From the NCBI GenBank assembly GCA_963766075.1, contig CAVYAN010000113.1:1-64000 (forward strand): a stretch of DNA of 64,000 nucleotides, in the 5' to 3' direction. The notes beneath the pieces were generated by a model, which saw only the letters and a list, made by a program, of their open reading frames with translations, had not been told where the DNA came from and ran no database searches. The translations under genes and the position numbers were made by a program. This stretch comes from an uncultured cyanobacterium (GTDB lineage: Bacteria > Cyanobacteriota > Cyanobacteriia > Leptolyngbyales > Leptolyngbyaceae). This document shows, piece after piece, positions 43,848-53,676 of this stretch; the first letter of the stretch is position 1; each line of letters starts with the position of its first letter.

Positions 43848-45194
43848 TTACGTCTCATCGGCGATCGGAGGGGAATTTTCAGAAGAATTTGGCGGGCGAT
43901 TCCACGGAGCCACTATCGGTAACAATAACAACCCCGGTACTGCCGCCACCATCGTCAGCAGAAAGAACGTAGACCAGCCCGTGACCTTGGCCAAATTCCC
44001 AGCGGGAGCCGCCAAAATGATGCTGCTGGTGGCCATCAGGCTCGACAGCAGTGCAAATTGGGTGGCCGTAAACGCATGGTGACAGAGGCTCATCAGGTAC
44101 GCCACAAATACTGCGGTTACCAGCCCTGCGCAGAAATTTTCAACATTAATGGCCAGCATCAAGTACGGGTTCGTGACGAGGGCTGTCCAAAATAGGGACA
44201 GAAAATTTTTCAGATTGATTTCTGCCAGGAGGGTAGAACTTTGTTTAGGGACCCAAGTCAAGAGCAAGTACCCCAGATTGCTGAGGGCTTGCAAGCCGCC
44301 AAACACCCACAGGGCGCGATGAATCCCAATTTTTGTAATCACGAGGCCACCACCGACCACGCCTAGGGTCGTTGCCATGAAGCCAAAGGTGCCCTGAATC
44401 GCCCCAATTTCCGTTTTGCTGTAGCCAATGTCCAACAGAAAGGGGGTGGCCATATTCCCCACCAGGGCATCGCCCAATTTGTACAAAAGAACGAATAGCA
44501 GCACCGCCACCGCAGCAGGAATCCCTAATCGGCCGAAAAACTCGCGAAATGGCAGATAAACTGCATCCGCTAGGGAGTCCGGAGGCCGCACCTGCTTTTG
44601 AGGTTCCGGTGCCCAAAAACTGGCGAGTAGGCCCACACCCATCATGAGTCCTAACAACAGGTAAACCCTAGACCAAGGTAAAGAATCTGCCAGTATCAGG
44701 GATACAGAACCGGAGATCAGGACGGCAAGGCGATATCCCAATACCCAGGTGGAGGCACCCATGCCCCATTCGCTTGGGGCCAAGACATCGGTGCGGTAGG
44801 CGTCGCCGGCAATGTCTTGGGTGGCGCTGAGGAGGGTAATGATTAGGGCGTTGAGGGCCAGCAGGTGCAGGGTTTGTGCGGGCTGCTGCAAGGCCATGGC
44901 AGCGATCGCCACCATCAAACCCACCTGGGTCATCACTAACCAACCTCGCCGCCGTCCCATGAAGGGCGGCACAAAGCGATCGAGAAACGGCGACCACAAA
45001 AACTTGAGGGTGTAGGGCAGTCCCACGAGGCTAAACCACCCGATAACGCCCAAATCGACGTGGGCATCTTTCATCCAGGCTTGCAGGGTGCGGCTGGTCA
45101 GCAGCAACGGCAAACCGGAAGAGAAGCCCAGGAATAACAGGGCGGAAATTTTCCGGCTGCGGAAAACCTGGAGTAGGGGTTGAATCGCGTTCAC
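43848..45194 (-). CDS. ampG: AmpG muropeptide MFS permease
   Basis: 'LGFSSGLP', 'LKFLWSP', 'GRRRGW', 'SATQDIAGDAYR', 'TATQFALLSS'. Confidence 0.93.
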   Translation of the reverse strand: MNAIQPLLQVFRSRKISALLFLGFSSGLPLLLTSRTLQAWMKDAHVDLGVIGWFSLVGLPYTLKFLWSPFLDRFVPPFMGRRRGWLVMTQVGLMVAIAAMALQQPAQTLHLLALNALIITLLSATQDIAGDAYRTDVLAPSEWGMGASTWVLGYRLAVLISGSVSLILADSLPWSRVYLLLGLMMGVGLLASFWAPEPQKQVRPPDSLADAVYLPFREFFGRLGIPAAVAVLLFVLLYKLGDALVGNMATPFLLDIGYSKTEIGAIQGTFGFMATTLGVVGGGLVITKIGIHRALWVFGGLQALSNLGYLLLTWVPKQSSTLLAEINLKNFLSLFWTALVTNPYLMLAINVENFCAGLVTAVFVAYLMSLCHHAFTATQFALLSSLMATSSIILAAPAGNLAKVTGWSTFFLLTMVAAVPGLLLLPIVAPWNRPPNSSENSPPIADET

Positions 45195-45410
45195 GGTGGG
45201 GCAAAATTAAGGAGCACCGTCATCATGCCACAGCACCAAGGACACTGTATAAGAGCACATAAGACACTGTATGGCATGCCTCATTACGGTGTCGTTGGCG
45301 GTTGCTGTGTCGTTGGCTAGCGTGCTGCGCGATCGTCCCCTTTGCCAGTGTGACTGGCTCAGTGTAACCGGATCAGTGTAATCAGGTCAGTGTGGCGGGA
45401 TCGAAGCTCG

Positions 45411-46025
45411 TCAGGCCAGTCGGCCATAGCCGCGCCATACGCCCACTAAAATCCCTTGAATATCCAATTGACTGGCAGGGACTTCAATTGGCTCGTAGTT
45501 GGGATTAGCGGGTTGTAGGGTGACTTTGGTGCCTTTGCGTTGGAGGTATTTTAATGTGGTTTCACCCCCCACCCGCGCTGCAACAATGGTGCCATTTTTG
45601 ACGGCTTTCTGATCCGCTACGGGCTGCATAATCACAATATCGCCGCGATCGATCAAGGCTCCGATCATGCTGTCTCCCGTCACTCGCAGGGCGAAGTACT
45701 GGGGATTGAGCAGCAGGCCAGTCAGGTCGAACTGTTCGACATCCGTTTCGGGAAAGGTTTCGACTAAGCTACCAGCGGCGATCGCCCCTAAAATGCGGAC
45801 ACCGGGCTGGGATGCCTGGGTCAGCCGGATGGTGCGGGCGCGGCCTTCGGTCCAGTCAATAAACCCCTTGGTCCGCAGATGCTCTAGGCGACTTTGCACC
45901 GGGGCGGGAGATTTCAAGCCCATTGCCTTCATCATTTGGCGAATGGAGGGGGAATGCTGGTGCTGCCGAATATAGTCCACAAGCCAGTCGTAGAGTTCCT
46001 GCTGAGCGGGGGTAAGAGGTTCCAT
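45411..46025 (-). CDS. lexA: SOS repressor LexA
   Basis: wHTH 'SPSIRQM..SPAPVQSRL', Ala-Gly site 'GAIAAG', catalytic 'GDSM' Ser and 'TLK' Lys. Confidence 0.95.
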   Translation of the reverse strand: MEPLTPAQQELYDWLVDYIRQHQHSPSIRQMMKAMGLKSPAPVQSRLEHLRTKGFIDWTEGRARTIRLTQASQPGVRILGAIAAGSLVETFPETDVEQFDLTGLLLNPQYFALRVTGDSMIGALIDRGDIVIMQPVADQKAVKNGTIVAARVGGETTLKYLQRKGTKVTLQPANPNYEPIEVPASQLDIQGILVGVWRGYGRLA

Positions 46026-46037
46026 AGGGATGGGAGA

Positions 46038-46066
46038 AGTACAAATGTCTTTAGGACAAAAGTACC
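46038..46066. promoter_or_regulatory. Two tandem cyanobacterial LexA-box-like sites upstream of lexA
   Basis: AGTACAAATGTCTT (46038-46051) and, on the minus strand, GGTACTTTTGTCCT (46053-46066), each close to the RGTAC-N4-GTWCB consensus. Confidence 0.7.
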
Positions 46067-46322
46067 ACATTTTTGGCGTTTGTCCAGAATGTTAAAAAAA
46101 ATAAAATTCCAGCGGGTCGGGGATCGCCATGCATCGGGGTGCCCGTCCGTCAGATCCGATGGGGATCGATCCAGTTGACTTATGGTGATTCTCCGGTTTG
46201 ATCTAATGTCCTAATCTATGGCGAATTTGGCGGAGAAATTAATGGCACATTAACGCAAGCCGCCTACACTTTCTAAGTCAATGGTGTATGGTGAAGAATA
46301 GCCACAGCCACTCCGAACTGAG

Positions 46323-46721
46323 GTGCAAATGGATTTTAGGGAGCAGTTAAAGCAGCAACGGGTTAAGCATATTGTCAGTAGTTATCAGTTGGCCGGTACG
46401 GATGCCGAGTCCTTTGAACACTATTTGGCTGGTTTGTTGCATGCTTATCCGGCTCCCCTGATTGAATTAGCCCTGGTAGAAACTCTGGTGGATTGTTGGG
46501 TACGCCTGCCTGTGATTCGGGGCTGTGAGTTTTTGGCGATCGCCCATGACTATCTTCAGGACTGGGACGACCGCCTGCAAGCCTTTTCGCGCCACCAGCC
46601 CGTGGCGAGCACCATTGCCCCGGAGCAGTTTCAGCAAATCACGGGTTTAGATCCCAGTCCGATTTTTGGGCTGACGGGCTGTCTGAGGCCCCAGCCTTCT
46701 GGGCGTTCTAGCAATGTGTAA
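46323..46721 (+). CDS. Conserved cyanobacterial hypothetical protein
   Basis: 'HIVSSYQL..YPAPLIELALVETLV..RG..FL..FQQITGLDP'. Confidence 0.75.
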   Translation: MQMDFREQLKQQRVKHIVSSYQLAGTDAESFEHYLAGLLHAYPAPLIELALVETLVDCWVRLPVIRGCEFLAIAHDYLQDWDDRLQAFSRHQPVASTIAPEQFQQITGLDPSPIFGLTGCLRPQPSGRSSNV

Positions 46722-46806
46722 TCGTTTCTCGATTTGAGTAGTGCGATGGGCGATCGCTCATCGCAGCATGATTATCTTTGAATTGCTCCCAATGCCTTGA
46801 ATGCCT

Positions 46807-48543
46807 TTACCAACTATCCCCTGAACCACTACCGCTGCTACTCCCTCCGCCAAAGTCACTGCTACTGCTGAAACTATCACTGGAACTCCAGCTATTCCCA
46901 GAGCTTCCTGCATAGTTTGAACTATCACTGGAACTCCCATGGCTGCGGGCAGACGACCGATGACTCACGGGGGCACATCTAGGGATAATTTCCGATTGCT
47001 CATCCACAAAGGAACAACAATGGCACCGCCGAGTAATTTGGCGCTTACCCTCCTGATCAGACGTGGCAGGCTGCGTAATTCTAGAGATTTCCTCGATAGT
47101 TAATTCTTGGCAATGGGCGCAGTGGTGCTGTTGATTCGATAAAATATAGCCGCGTAGATGCAGATCAACAAGGTTTGATTCGGGTTTACAGGTTGGACAT
47201 TTCCAGCCAATGAAGGATATGTTTCCCAAAGATTGGGCCACGCGCTCTGGCTCTTGCAGCAGGTCCTCTAGGCGATGCGAGTTGATCCGCTCCATGGGGG
47301 AATGACATTGAGAGCAGTGGGTCGGGCGTACTGATTCAGGCGGTTGACAAAGGGGAAAGTTGTTGACCCGAGAGCGTCCCATGGGGTCAATGGTCACCGC
47401 ATGCTTAGGCAATGTTAAACAGGGAATGGTTTCCTCTGCTTGCCATGTATCGTCACAACAGTGACAGGTATACGTGGTTAGACGGCTACCTGCTTGGTTC
47501 CAGGTGGGCTTTTGCACGGTGTTTAAACGAGCGCTGGCTGTCCGCTCGTCACAGGTTGGACAATGGCAGAATTTTTCCGCATCCATGATAGCTTTCCGCA
47601 CATGGATACCCTTCGCAGAGGGCTGGCAAGATTTGCACCGCCAACCGTTGTAAGCCATGCTGCCGAGTTTTTGGGCGGTTTGTTGCGGTTGACTGAGAAC
47701 GTGCGATAGGTCTCCCGCCGGTACTCGCTCCATCGGTTGCTGACAGATGGCACAGTGGCATCGTTCCCGCCCGGTAATTTCCGATCTTTGCACCTGCGAT
47801 TCCCCTTCTGGGGCCAACACTATCCGATTGCGGCGGCGGTATAGCAAAATTCCTCCCCAAATGAGCATTCCGGCCCCTAATCCGCTAGAAATTGACCTGA
47901 GCAGATTGTCCACGTTGCTGGCAACTGCTGGTTGGAGCGTTTCAGCCTGGGTTGGGGGGCTGGCACTGCTGCTGGGTTTGGGCGGCGTTATATTTGGGGC
48001 CAGTATGGCAGTTTTAGAAAAATCAGAGGTGGAATACCGGCTGACTTGAGCGATCAGAGTTTGGGTCCCGGCCAAAACCCCAGCATCAAACTGGTGTTGT
48101 TTGAATCTGGGTGTAACTTCCTGGCGTAGAATTTGACTCACACGGGCTTCAGGCAGCAGGGGATCAATCCCTTTTCCCGTAATGATTTCAACCCGGCGAT
48201 CGCCCTGAGACACCAAGAACAACACCCCATTATCTTTCCCTTTTTTACCGATCCCCCAGGTATTGAACAATGACGTCGCAAAAGCCTTTGAATTTAAAGA
48301 AGGAAAAATATCTGGAACTGTGACCACCGCGATTTCGCTGCTATTTTGGGCTTCTAGCGCCGTAATCTGGCGATTCAGTTCCGCCTCCGTTTCAGGAGCC
48401 AGCATGTCTGCCCTATCCGTAACCCAGCCACCATCGGTCCGGCGGGGATTCGGCACGGATTCTATCGGGATAGCAAAACAATCCGACGCAACACTCACCA
48501 AAACTAAGGTTAAGACACCTGAGCAGAATGCGGGACTGAACAT
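46807..48543 (-). CDS. TPM (TLP18.3/Psb32/MOLO-1) domain protein with duplicated Cys-rich Zn-ribbon modules and Ser/Gly tail
   Basis: 'WVTDRADML', 'LFNTWGIGKKGKDNGVL..DRRVEIITG', a TM helix, about eight CxxC pairs, 'DFGGGSSSGSGSGDSW'. Confidence 0.88.
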   Translation of the reverse strand: MFSPAFCSGVLTLVLVSVASDCFAIPIESVPNPRRTDGGWVTDRADMLAPETEAELNRQITALEAQNSSEIAVVTVPDIFPSLNSKAFATSLFNTWGIGKKGKDNGVLFLVSQGDRRVEIITGKGIDPLLPEARVSQILRQEVTPRFKQHQFDAGVLAGTQTLIAQVSRYSTSDFSKTAILAPNITPPKPSSSASPPTQAETLQPAVASNVDNLLRSISSGLGAGMLIWGGILLYRRRNRIVLAPEGESQVQRSEITGRERCHCAICQQPMERVPAGDLSHVLSQPQQTAQKLGSMAYNGWRCKSCQPSAKGIHVRKAIMDAEKFCHCPTCDERTASARLNTVQKPTWNQAGSRLTTYTCHCCDDTWQAEETIPCLTLPKHAVTIDPMGRSRVNNFPLCQPPESVRPTHCSQCHSPMERINSHRLEDLLQEPERVAQSLGNISFIGWKCPTCKPESNLVDLHLRGYILSNQQHHCAHCQELTIEEISRITQPATSDQEGKRQITRRCHCCSFVDEQSEIIPRCAPVSHRSSARSHGSSSDSSNYAGSSGNSWSSSDSFSSSSDFGGGSSSGSGSGDSW

Positions 48544-48740
48544 AGGTTTCGTGCGTCAGTGTAAAGATTGGTACAGCCATTTTGGCTGGCTGAGGTAATC
48601 TTCACTAGACGCTGGCAAAATTACGGACGGCCCGCTGCCCTAGGGGTATGGTTTCCCTAGGGGCATATTAGGGATTTGCGGTTGATTAAGATACCCCTAC
48701 GACGGATTGAGCGTCGTCGAATGTTAAACATGTCCGCCTT

Positions 48741-50525
48741 CTAAACCATCAAGGCAGCATCGGTCTGGGCTGGATTGCTGGAGGCTCCTGAAAACACCAG
48801 TCCTCGCTGCATATCCAGCGTGACAATTTCGCCATCGCGAATCACCGACGTGGCGTTTTTCACCCCCACAATCACCGGCACACCCAGGCGCAAGCCAATC
48901 ACCGCTGCATGACTAGTGAGACTTGCCTCCTCTGTAACAATGCCTGCCGCCTTGCGAATGGCTTCCACAAAGTCGGCACTGGTACTCTGCGCGACCAAAA
49001 TCTCCCCCGCCCCAAAGTGCGCGGTTTCCGCCAAGGTGCTGACCACCCGCGCTCGGCCACTAATCGACCCTTGGCCAATGCCAATACCCTTCCCGCGTAC
49101 CGCCGTCACCACTTCCACCTTAATCAAATCGGTGGAACCCGCTACCCCCTGGAGGGTCCCCGCCGTCATCACCACCAGATCGCCTTCCTGGAGCAGCGAC
49201 TTTTCGAGGGCGACATTCAGGGCGGCTTGGAAGGTTTGTCCGGTCGAGGGCAAATCTAAGACCAATAGCGGTTTAACGCCCCAAACCAGTTGCAGTTGCC
49301 GCGCCACATCCACATGGGGCGTGATGGCCAAAATTGGCTTTTGGGGGCGGAATTTGGAGACATTGCGGGCCGTCGAGCCCGTTTTGGTCAGAGTCATGAT
49401 TGCCGCTGCATCCAACTGGCCGGCAATTTGGCCGACGGCACAGCTAATGGCATTGGGAATAGAGCGGTTGCTCTCCTGAGCATTGCGGGTGAGCTTTTCT
49501 TGCTCAATCCGAACGGCAATCCGGGCCATGGTAGCCACCGCTTCCACCGGGTATTTGCCGACGGCGGTTTCATTCGATAGCATGACGGCATCAGTGCCAT
49601 CCAAGATCGCATTGGCCACATCGGAAATTTCGGCCCGGGTAGGGCGGGGACTGCTGACCATGCTGTCCAGCATTTGGGTGGCCGTAATCACCGGAATGCC
49701 CATGCGATTAGACGTCGCAATCAAGCGCTTTTGCAGGATGGGCACATCTTCGGCGGGGAGTTCTACGCCCAAGTCGCCCCGGGCGACCATGACTCCATCG
49801 CTAATGGAGAGAATGGCTTCCATTTCCTGGATGGCCTCGTGTTTTTCAATCTTGACAATGACGGGCACATTTTTGCCCGCATTAGCAATCAATTCTTTGA
49901 TTTCTAGAACATCGTTGGGGTTGCGGACAAAGCTGAGGGCGACCCAATCCACGCCTTGATCGAGGCCGAAGGTCAGGTCTTCTTTATCTTTGTCGGTGAG
50001 GGCCTTGATCGAGAGGTAAACGCCGGGAAAGTTGACGCCTTTGTTATTAGAGAGCGGGCCACCGACAACGGTACGGCAATGGAGTTCGCGGGTTTCGCGA
50101 TCGACGCGCTCCACCACCATTTCGACCCGGCCATCGTCCAGCATGATGACGGCCCCAGCCGGGACTTCATCGGCGAGGGGTTCGTAGGTGACGCAACTGA
50201 TCTCCTGGGTGCCGGGGCAGGCACGACTGGTGAGGATATAGGGATCCCCTTTCTTGAGGGTAATTGGTCCTTCGGCAAATTTGCCGAGGCGAATTTTAGG
50301 CCCTTGCAAATCTTGGAGAATGCCCACGGGCTGGTTCAGTTCAAAGGAAATCTGGCGAATCAGTCGAATGCTTCGTTGGTGATCGTCATGGGTGCCGTGG
50401 GAGAAGTTCAGCCGAAAGGTGCTGGCACCGGCTTCGATCAGCGCGCGGATGACTTCTGGAGTGCTGGTCGCAGGACCAATGGTGGCAACAATTTTAGTAC
50501 GGCGCTGGGAATAGGACGGTTGCAT
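48741..50525 (-). CDS. pyk: Pyruvate kinase with C-terminal PEP-utiliser mobile domain
   Basis: 'TKIVATIGPA', 'RLNFSHG', 'MVARGDLG', 'ATQMLDSM', 'LTSHAAV'. Confidence 0.97.
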   Translation of the reverse strand: MQPSYSQRRTKIVATIGPATSTPEVIRALIEAGASTFRLNFSHGTHDDHQRSIRLIRQISFELNQPVGILQDLQGPKIRLGKFAEGPITLKKGDPYILTSRACPGTQEISCVTYEPLADEVPAGAVIMLDDGRVEMVVERVDRETRELHCRTVVGGPLSNNKGVNFPGVYLSIKALTDKDKEDLTFGLDQGVDWVALSFVRNPNDVLEIKELIANAGKNVPVIVKIEKHEAIQEMEAILSISDGVMVARGDLGVELPAEDVPILQKRLIATSNRMGIPVITATQMLDSMVSSPRPTRAEISDVANAILDGTDAVMLSNETAVGKYPVEAVATMARIAVRIEQEKLTRNAQESNRSIPNAISCAVGQIAGQLDAAAIMTLTKTGSTARNVSKFRPQKPILAITPHVDVARQLQLVWGVKPLLVLDLPSTGQTFQAALNVALEKSLLQEGDLVVMTAGTLQGVAGSTDLIKVEVVTAVRGKGIGIGQGSISGRARVVSTLAETAHFGAGEILVAQSTSADFVEAIRKAAGIVTEEASLTSHAAVIGLRLGVPVIVGVKNATSVIRDGEIVTLDMQRGLVFSGASSNPAQTDAALMV

Positions 50526-50691
50526 GGATGATCATCCAGGGGAATGGGCGGCGAAAGAAACGGAGACGTGCAGAAGCCAAGTGAATAAGCTAACCGTAGG
50601 TCAGTGTGCCCCATAGTGGATCCTCGGTGCAAGGGGGGAAGCGAGAAGAAAGGATGAAGGCCGAAGATTTCGGCTGGCTTGGGAAGCGATG

Positions 50692-52072
50692 TCACCATTC
50701 CTGGAGGGCGATCGCCACTCCGCGCTCGAGAGGGGTCTTGGGATCAGTGGCGTCAGCGATAGTGGCGGCGGCGATCGCGGTGGCTAATGCGGTGAGGCGG
50801 GCGTGGGCTTGGGGGCCATCCAGGCGTTTAAGGGCGGCAATCACATGCAACCGGAGTCGAAGGTCGTCGGTGGCCAGCATTTGGATTAGGGGATCCAGGG
50901 CTTGGAGTTGGCCGAGCTGTCCTAGGGCAAGGGCGAGGGCCTGTTGCTGTGCGGGGGTGGAACTGGATGGGCTTTGCAAGGTTTGCAGTAGGATGTCTGC
51001 GGCCCGGGGTTTGAGGGTGGGGGTGGGCCAGTCCCCCAGCAGTCGCACAATTTCGCGATCGCGGTCGGGATGGGAAGCTACCTGGGAATGGTTACCCTGA
51101 GGGGTGCTGGGGCAGAGACAGGTCTGGAAATAGTCTAGGGCGGTGGCTTGCCCAGTCCAGGCAAGGGCGCGGACCAAATCCAGTTGCAGGTCGAGGCTTG
51201 TGTGGGGAGATTGTAAAGCCCTAAGGAGTAGGGTGGTGGCAGTGGGGGTGCTCCAGCGTCCCAGGGCGATCGCTGCCTGCTGGCAAACGGTTTGATCGAC
51301 ATCCCACAGGCGATCGCCCAAGTGCTGTACCCAATCCTCTGTGTCTCCGAGGTCCGGGCGGAATCCCAGTCCAGCGATCGCAATCCGGCGGACGGCGGCG
51401 ACGGGATCGGTCAGGGCGTGCCTCAGGACGGGGGACTCGGGGATCATGGAAACTGCCCAGGGCTTCCAGCGCCAGGGCACGGATGCTGGCATCTGGATCC
51501 TCGACAACGGAGAGTAATGGGGCAATGGTGGCGGAATTGCGGATTTGGGCCAGCGCGGGCACGACTAAGGGGCGCAGGGTAGGCAAGGCCAGCAGGGGAA
51601 TTAGGGCCGCGATCGCTGTCGGTCCCAAGTTGGCGAGGGCGGCGGCGGCTATAGGGCTGAGGTCATCATCATCAGCCTGGACGGCGGTAATCAAGGCTTG
51701 GATGGCTTGGGGGTGGGCAAAGCTGCCCAGAATGCGGGCAGTGTACCAGCGGGCTTCTAAATCGGCGGTGTCATCCCGTAGCAGCGCAATGAGCGGGGCG
51801 ATCGCCCCCTCGCCAAATCCGGGTAGCAGTTTGGCTATATCCCACCGGGCTTGAAAATCGCCAAAGCGCAACACTTGCAGCGCCAAATCCAGGGCCATTG
51901 GGCGCATTTCAGCCGTTCTCGGTTCCGGGAAGTGATTGTGATCAGCCGCGTGATCAGCCGCGGTCGCGGGCGGCGCAGACCCTTGGTTCATCCATTGCTC
52001 TAATATTTGCCCTAAGGCAGACCAGTTTTGCTGTTGGGCAGCCACCTGGGCCTGCTGAAGAAGACTGACCAT
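50692..52072 (-). CDS. HEAT-repeat (PBS lyase-like) protein; frameshift in a homopolymer at ~51432
   Basis: 'GDFQARWDIAK..RWYTARILG' joins 'ALTDPVAAVRR..LGFRPDL..LRLHVIAALK..GVAIALQEW'. Confidence 0.8.
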
Positions 52073-52194
52073 AAGGCGCTATTCTCACGTGCTCACTGGT
52101 TTTAGCATGAAGCGATCGCTCCGGCTTCGGTGGTTAAATTACATTAATCGTAACGACTCAGGGATCGCGATCGCCTCTGTGTGGTTGCCGAGGT

Positions 52195-52277
52195 TGACCC
52201 ACCCCGCCCTGCGGGCAACTCTCCCGGGAGGGGATATTTTCGAGCATTCCCCTCCTGGGAAGGGTTAGGGGTGGGTG
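52195..52277. repeat. Long palindromic repeat, second copy of 38726-38809
   Basis: GACCCACCCCGCCCT.CGGGCA..CC..GGAGGGGA...TCCCCTCC..GG..GGG.TAGGGGTGGGT at both loci. Confidence 0.8.
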
Positions 52278-52380
52278 CAACGGATGGCACAAGCTGAGTA
52301 GTCACCATTAATCAGGGAAATAGGCTCTGATTTTCCGATATTCCTATAGTGGGAACCGCGAAAGCCGTCAGTGCCAACTG

Positions 52381-53067
52381 CTACGCCGCCGATTCCCCCC
52401 CTTGGATGAAATCAATCATTTCGTGCAGGGTACCGGGTTTGGTGACAATCAGGACCGTTGAACCCGGTTCCATCACCGTATTGCCATTGGGAATTTCCAG
52501 ATCCGCTTGGGGGTGAGGTTGGTAGCCGATGATCAGGGAGCCTGTGGGAAATCGAGAATCCTGGGCGATCGCTGCGAGACTACGGCCAGCGGCATTGCAG
52601 CGATCGGGGATCGATAACTTCAGCACTTCGATTTGTCCTTGCTCAAAGTGCATCATTGACTCCACCTGGGGAAATTCGATCGCATTGGCCATGGTCGAGA
52701 CCGCCAAATCGATCGCATTAATCACATGGGTTGCGCCCGCAATGCGATAGGGTTCCGCAAAATCGCGGTGCCGCATCCGCACCAAAATCGTTGGCACCCC
52801 ATAATACTTGCCCAGGGTCACCATGGCCAAATTCAGGGCATCATCCCGCAGGACCGCCGCCAATGCATCCGCCTTGCGAATTCCCGCTTCCAGGAGGGAT
52901 TCCGTCCGCACCGCACTGCCCTCAAAGGCCATGACGCCCACCTGTTCCCGTGCATAGCGACACGCCGCTGGATCCACATCCACCAGAGCTACGGTATGTC
53001 CCAAATCCACGAGCAACTTGGCTAATCCCAGCCCAACCAATCCCGCTCCCCCGATTAGCACGTACAT
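52381..53067 (-). CDS. trkA: TrkA/KtrA potassium uptake RCK protein
   Basis: Rossmann motif 'LIGGAGLVG', 'EAGIRKADAL', RCK-C domain. Confidence 0.88.
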   Translation of the reverse strand: MYVLIGGAGLVGLGLAKLLVDLGHTVALVDVDPAACRYAREQVGVMAFEGSAVRTESLLEAGIRKADALAAVLRDDALNLAMVTLGKYYGVPTILVRMRHRDFAEPYRIAGATHVINAIDLAVSTMANAIEFPQVESMMHFEQGQIEVLKLSIPDRCNAAGRSLAAIAQDSRFPTGSLIIGYQPHPQADLEIPNGNTVMEPGSTVLIVTKPGTLHEMIDFIQGGESAA

Positions 53068-53212
53068 CCTAATTGCCCTCCTCCTGTTTTCTGTCAGATG
53101 CCTTCCCGATGCTCTGTCTAGCGGGGTGGCCGTAGATACTGCGATCGCCCACTGCCGCTGCTACACTCAAAATATATGGGAAATATAGGGGCTTCTGGAC
53201 TGTGGGTCCTCC

Positions 53213-53401
53213 TTATTCTTCGTACTCACTATCGATTTCAATTTCTAGAGTCTCTTCGTCTACACGAATGTAGAGAATATTGGGGCGGCAGCAGACTTGA
53301 CAGTCTTCAACGTAGGATTGTTGGGTGCCACCACTCCAGTCAATGAAGGTGAGATTGGATTCACCGCAATAGGCACAAATATATTCAGCAGTATTTTGCA
53401 T
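53213..53401 (-). CDS. CPXCG-motif cysteine-rich protein
   Basis: 'CAYCGE..YVEDCQVCCRP'. Confidence 0.88.
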   Translation of the reverse strand: MQNTAEYICAYCGESNLTFIDWSGGTQQSYVEDCQVCCRPNILYIRVDEETLEIEIDSEYEE

Positions 53402-53463
53402 GGCCATACTCATCTCGCGGTTTCTCATCTTACAAGGTTTGATCGTCGAGGTTTGATGCCTTA

Positions 53464-53605
53464 GGGACTTCCAAACAAAAAATCATCCCAGGAGGTTGGT
53501 TTACCCTGCGGGAAGCCAGCGATGACTACGCTCAACCCGCTATGGCTGAAGGTTGAGCGCAGTCGAAACCTGGTTCACGGGCAGGTTATTTTCATGGAAA
53601 TCGCC
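53464..53605. mobile_element. Second MITE-like element (same TIR family, TTA flanks, different internal cargo)
   Basis: TTA|GGGACTTCCAAACAAAAAA ... TTATTTTCATGGAAATCGCC|TTA. Confidence 0.65.
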
Positions 53606-53676
53606 TTAGGTCTAATCTTGCTGAAGGATCATCGCACCGCAATCGCCGAAAACTGTCCCATCACGCATCCATACCC

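Noticed and set aside
48636..48665. Hairpin between pyk and the TPM gene
   Set aside because: Imperfect, no U-tract, single copy; at most an ordinary 3' stem.
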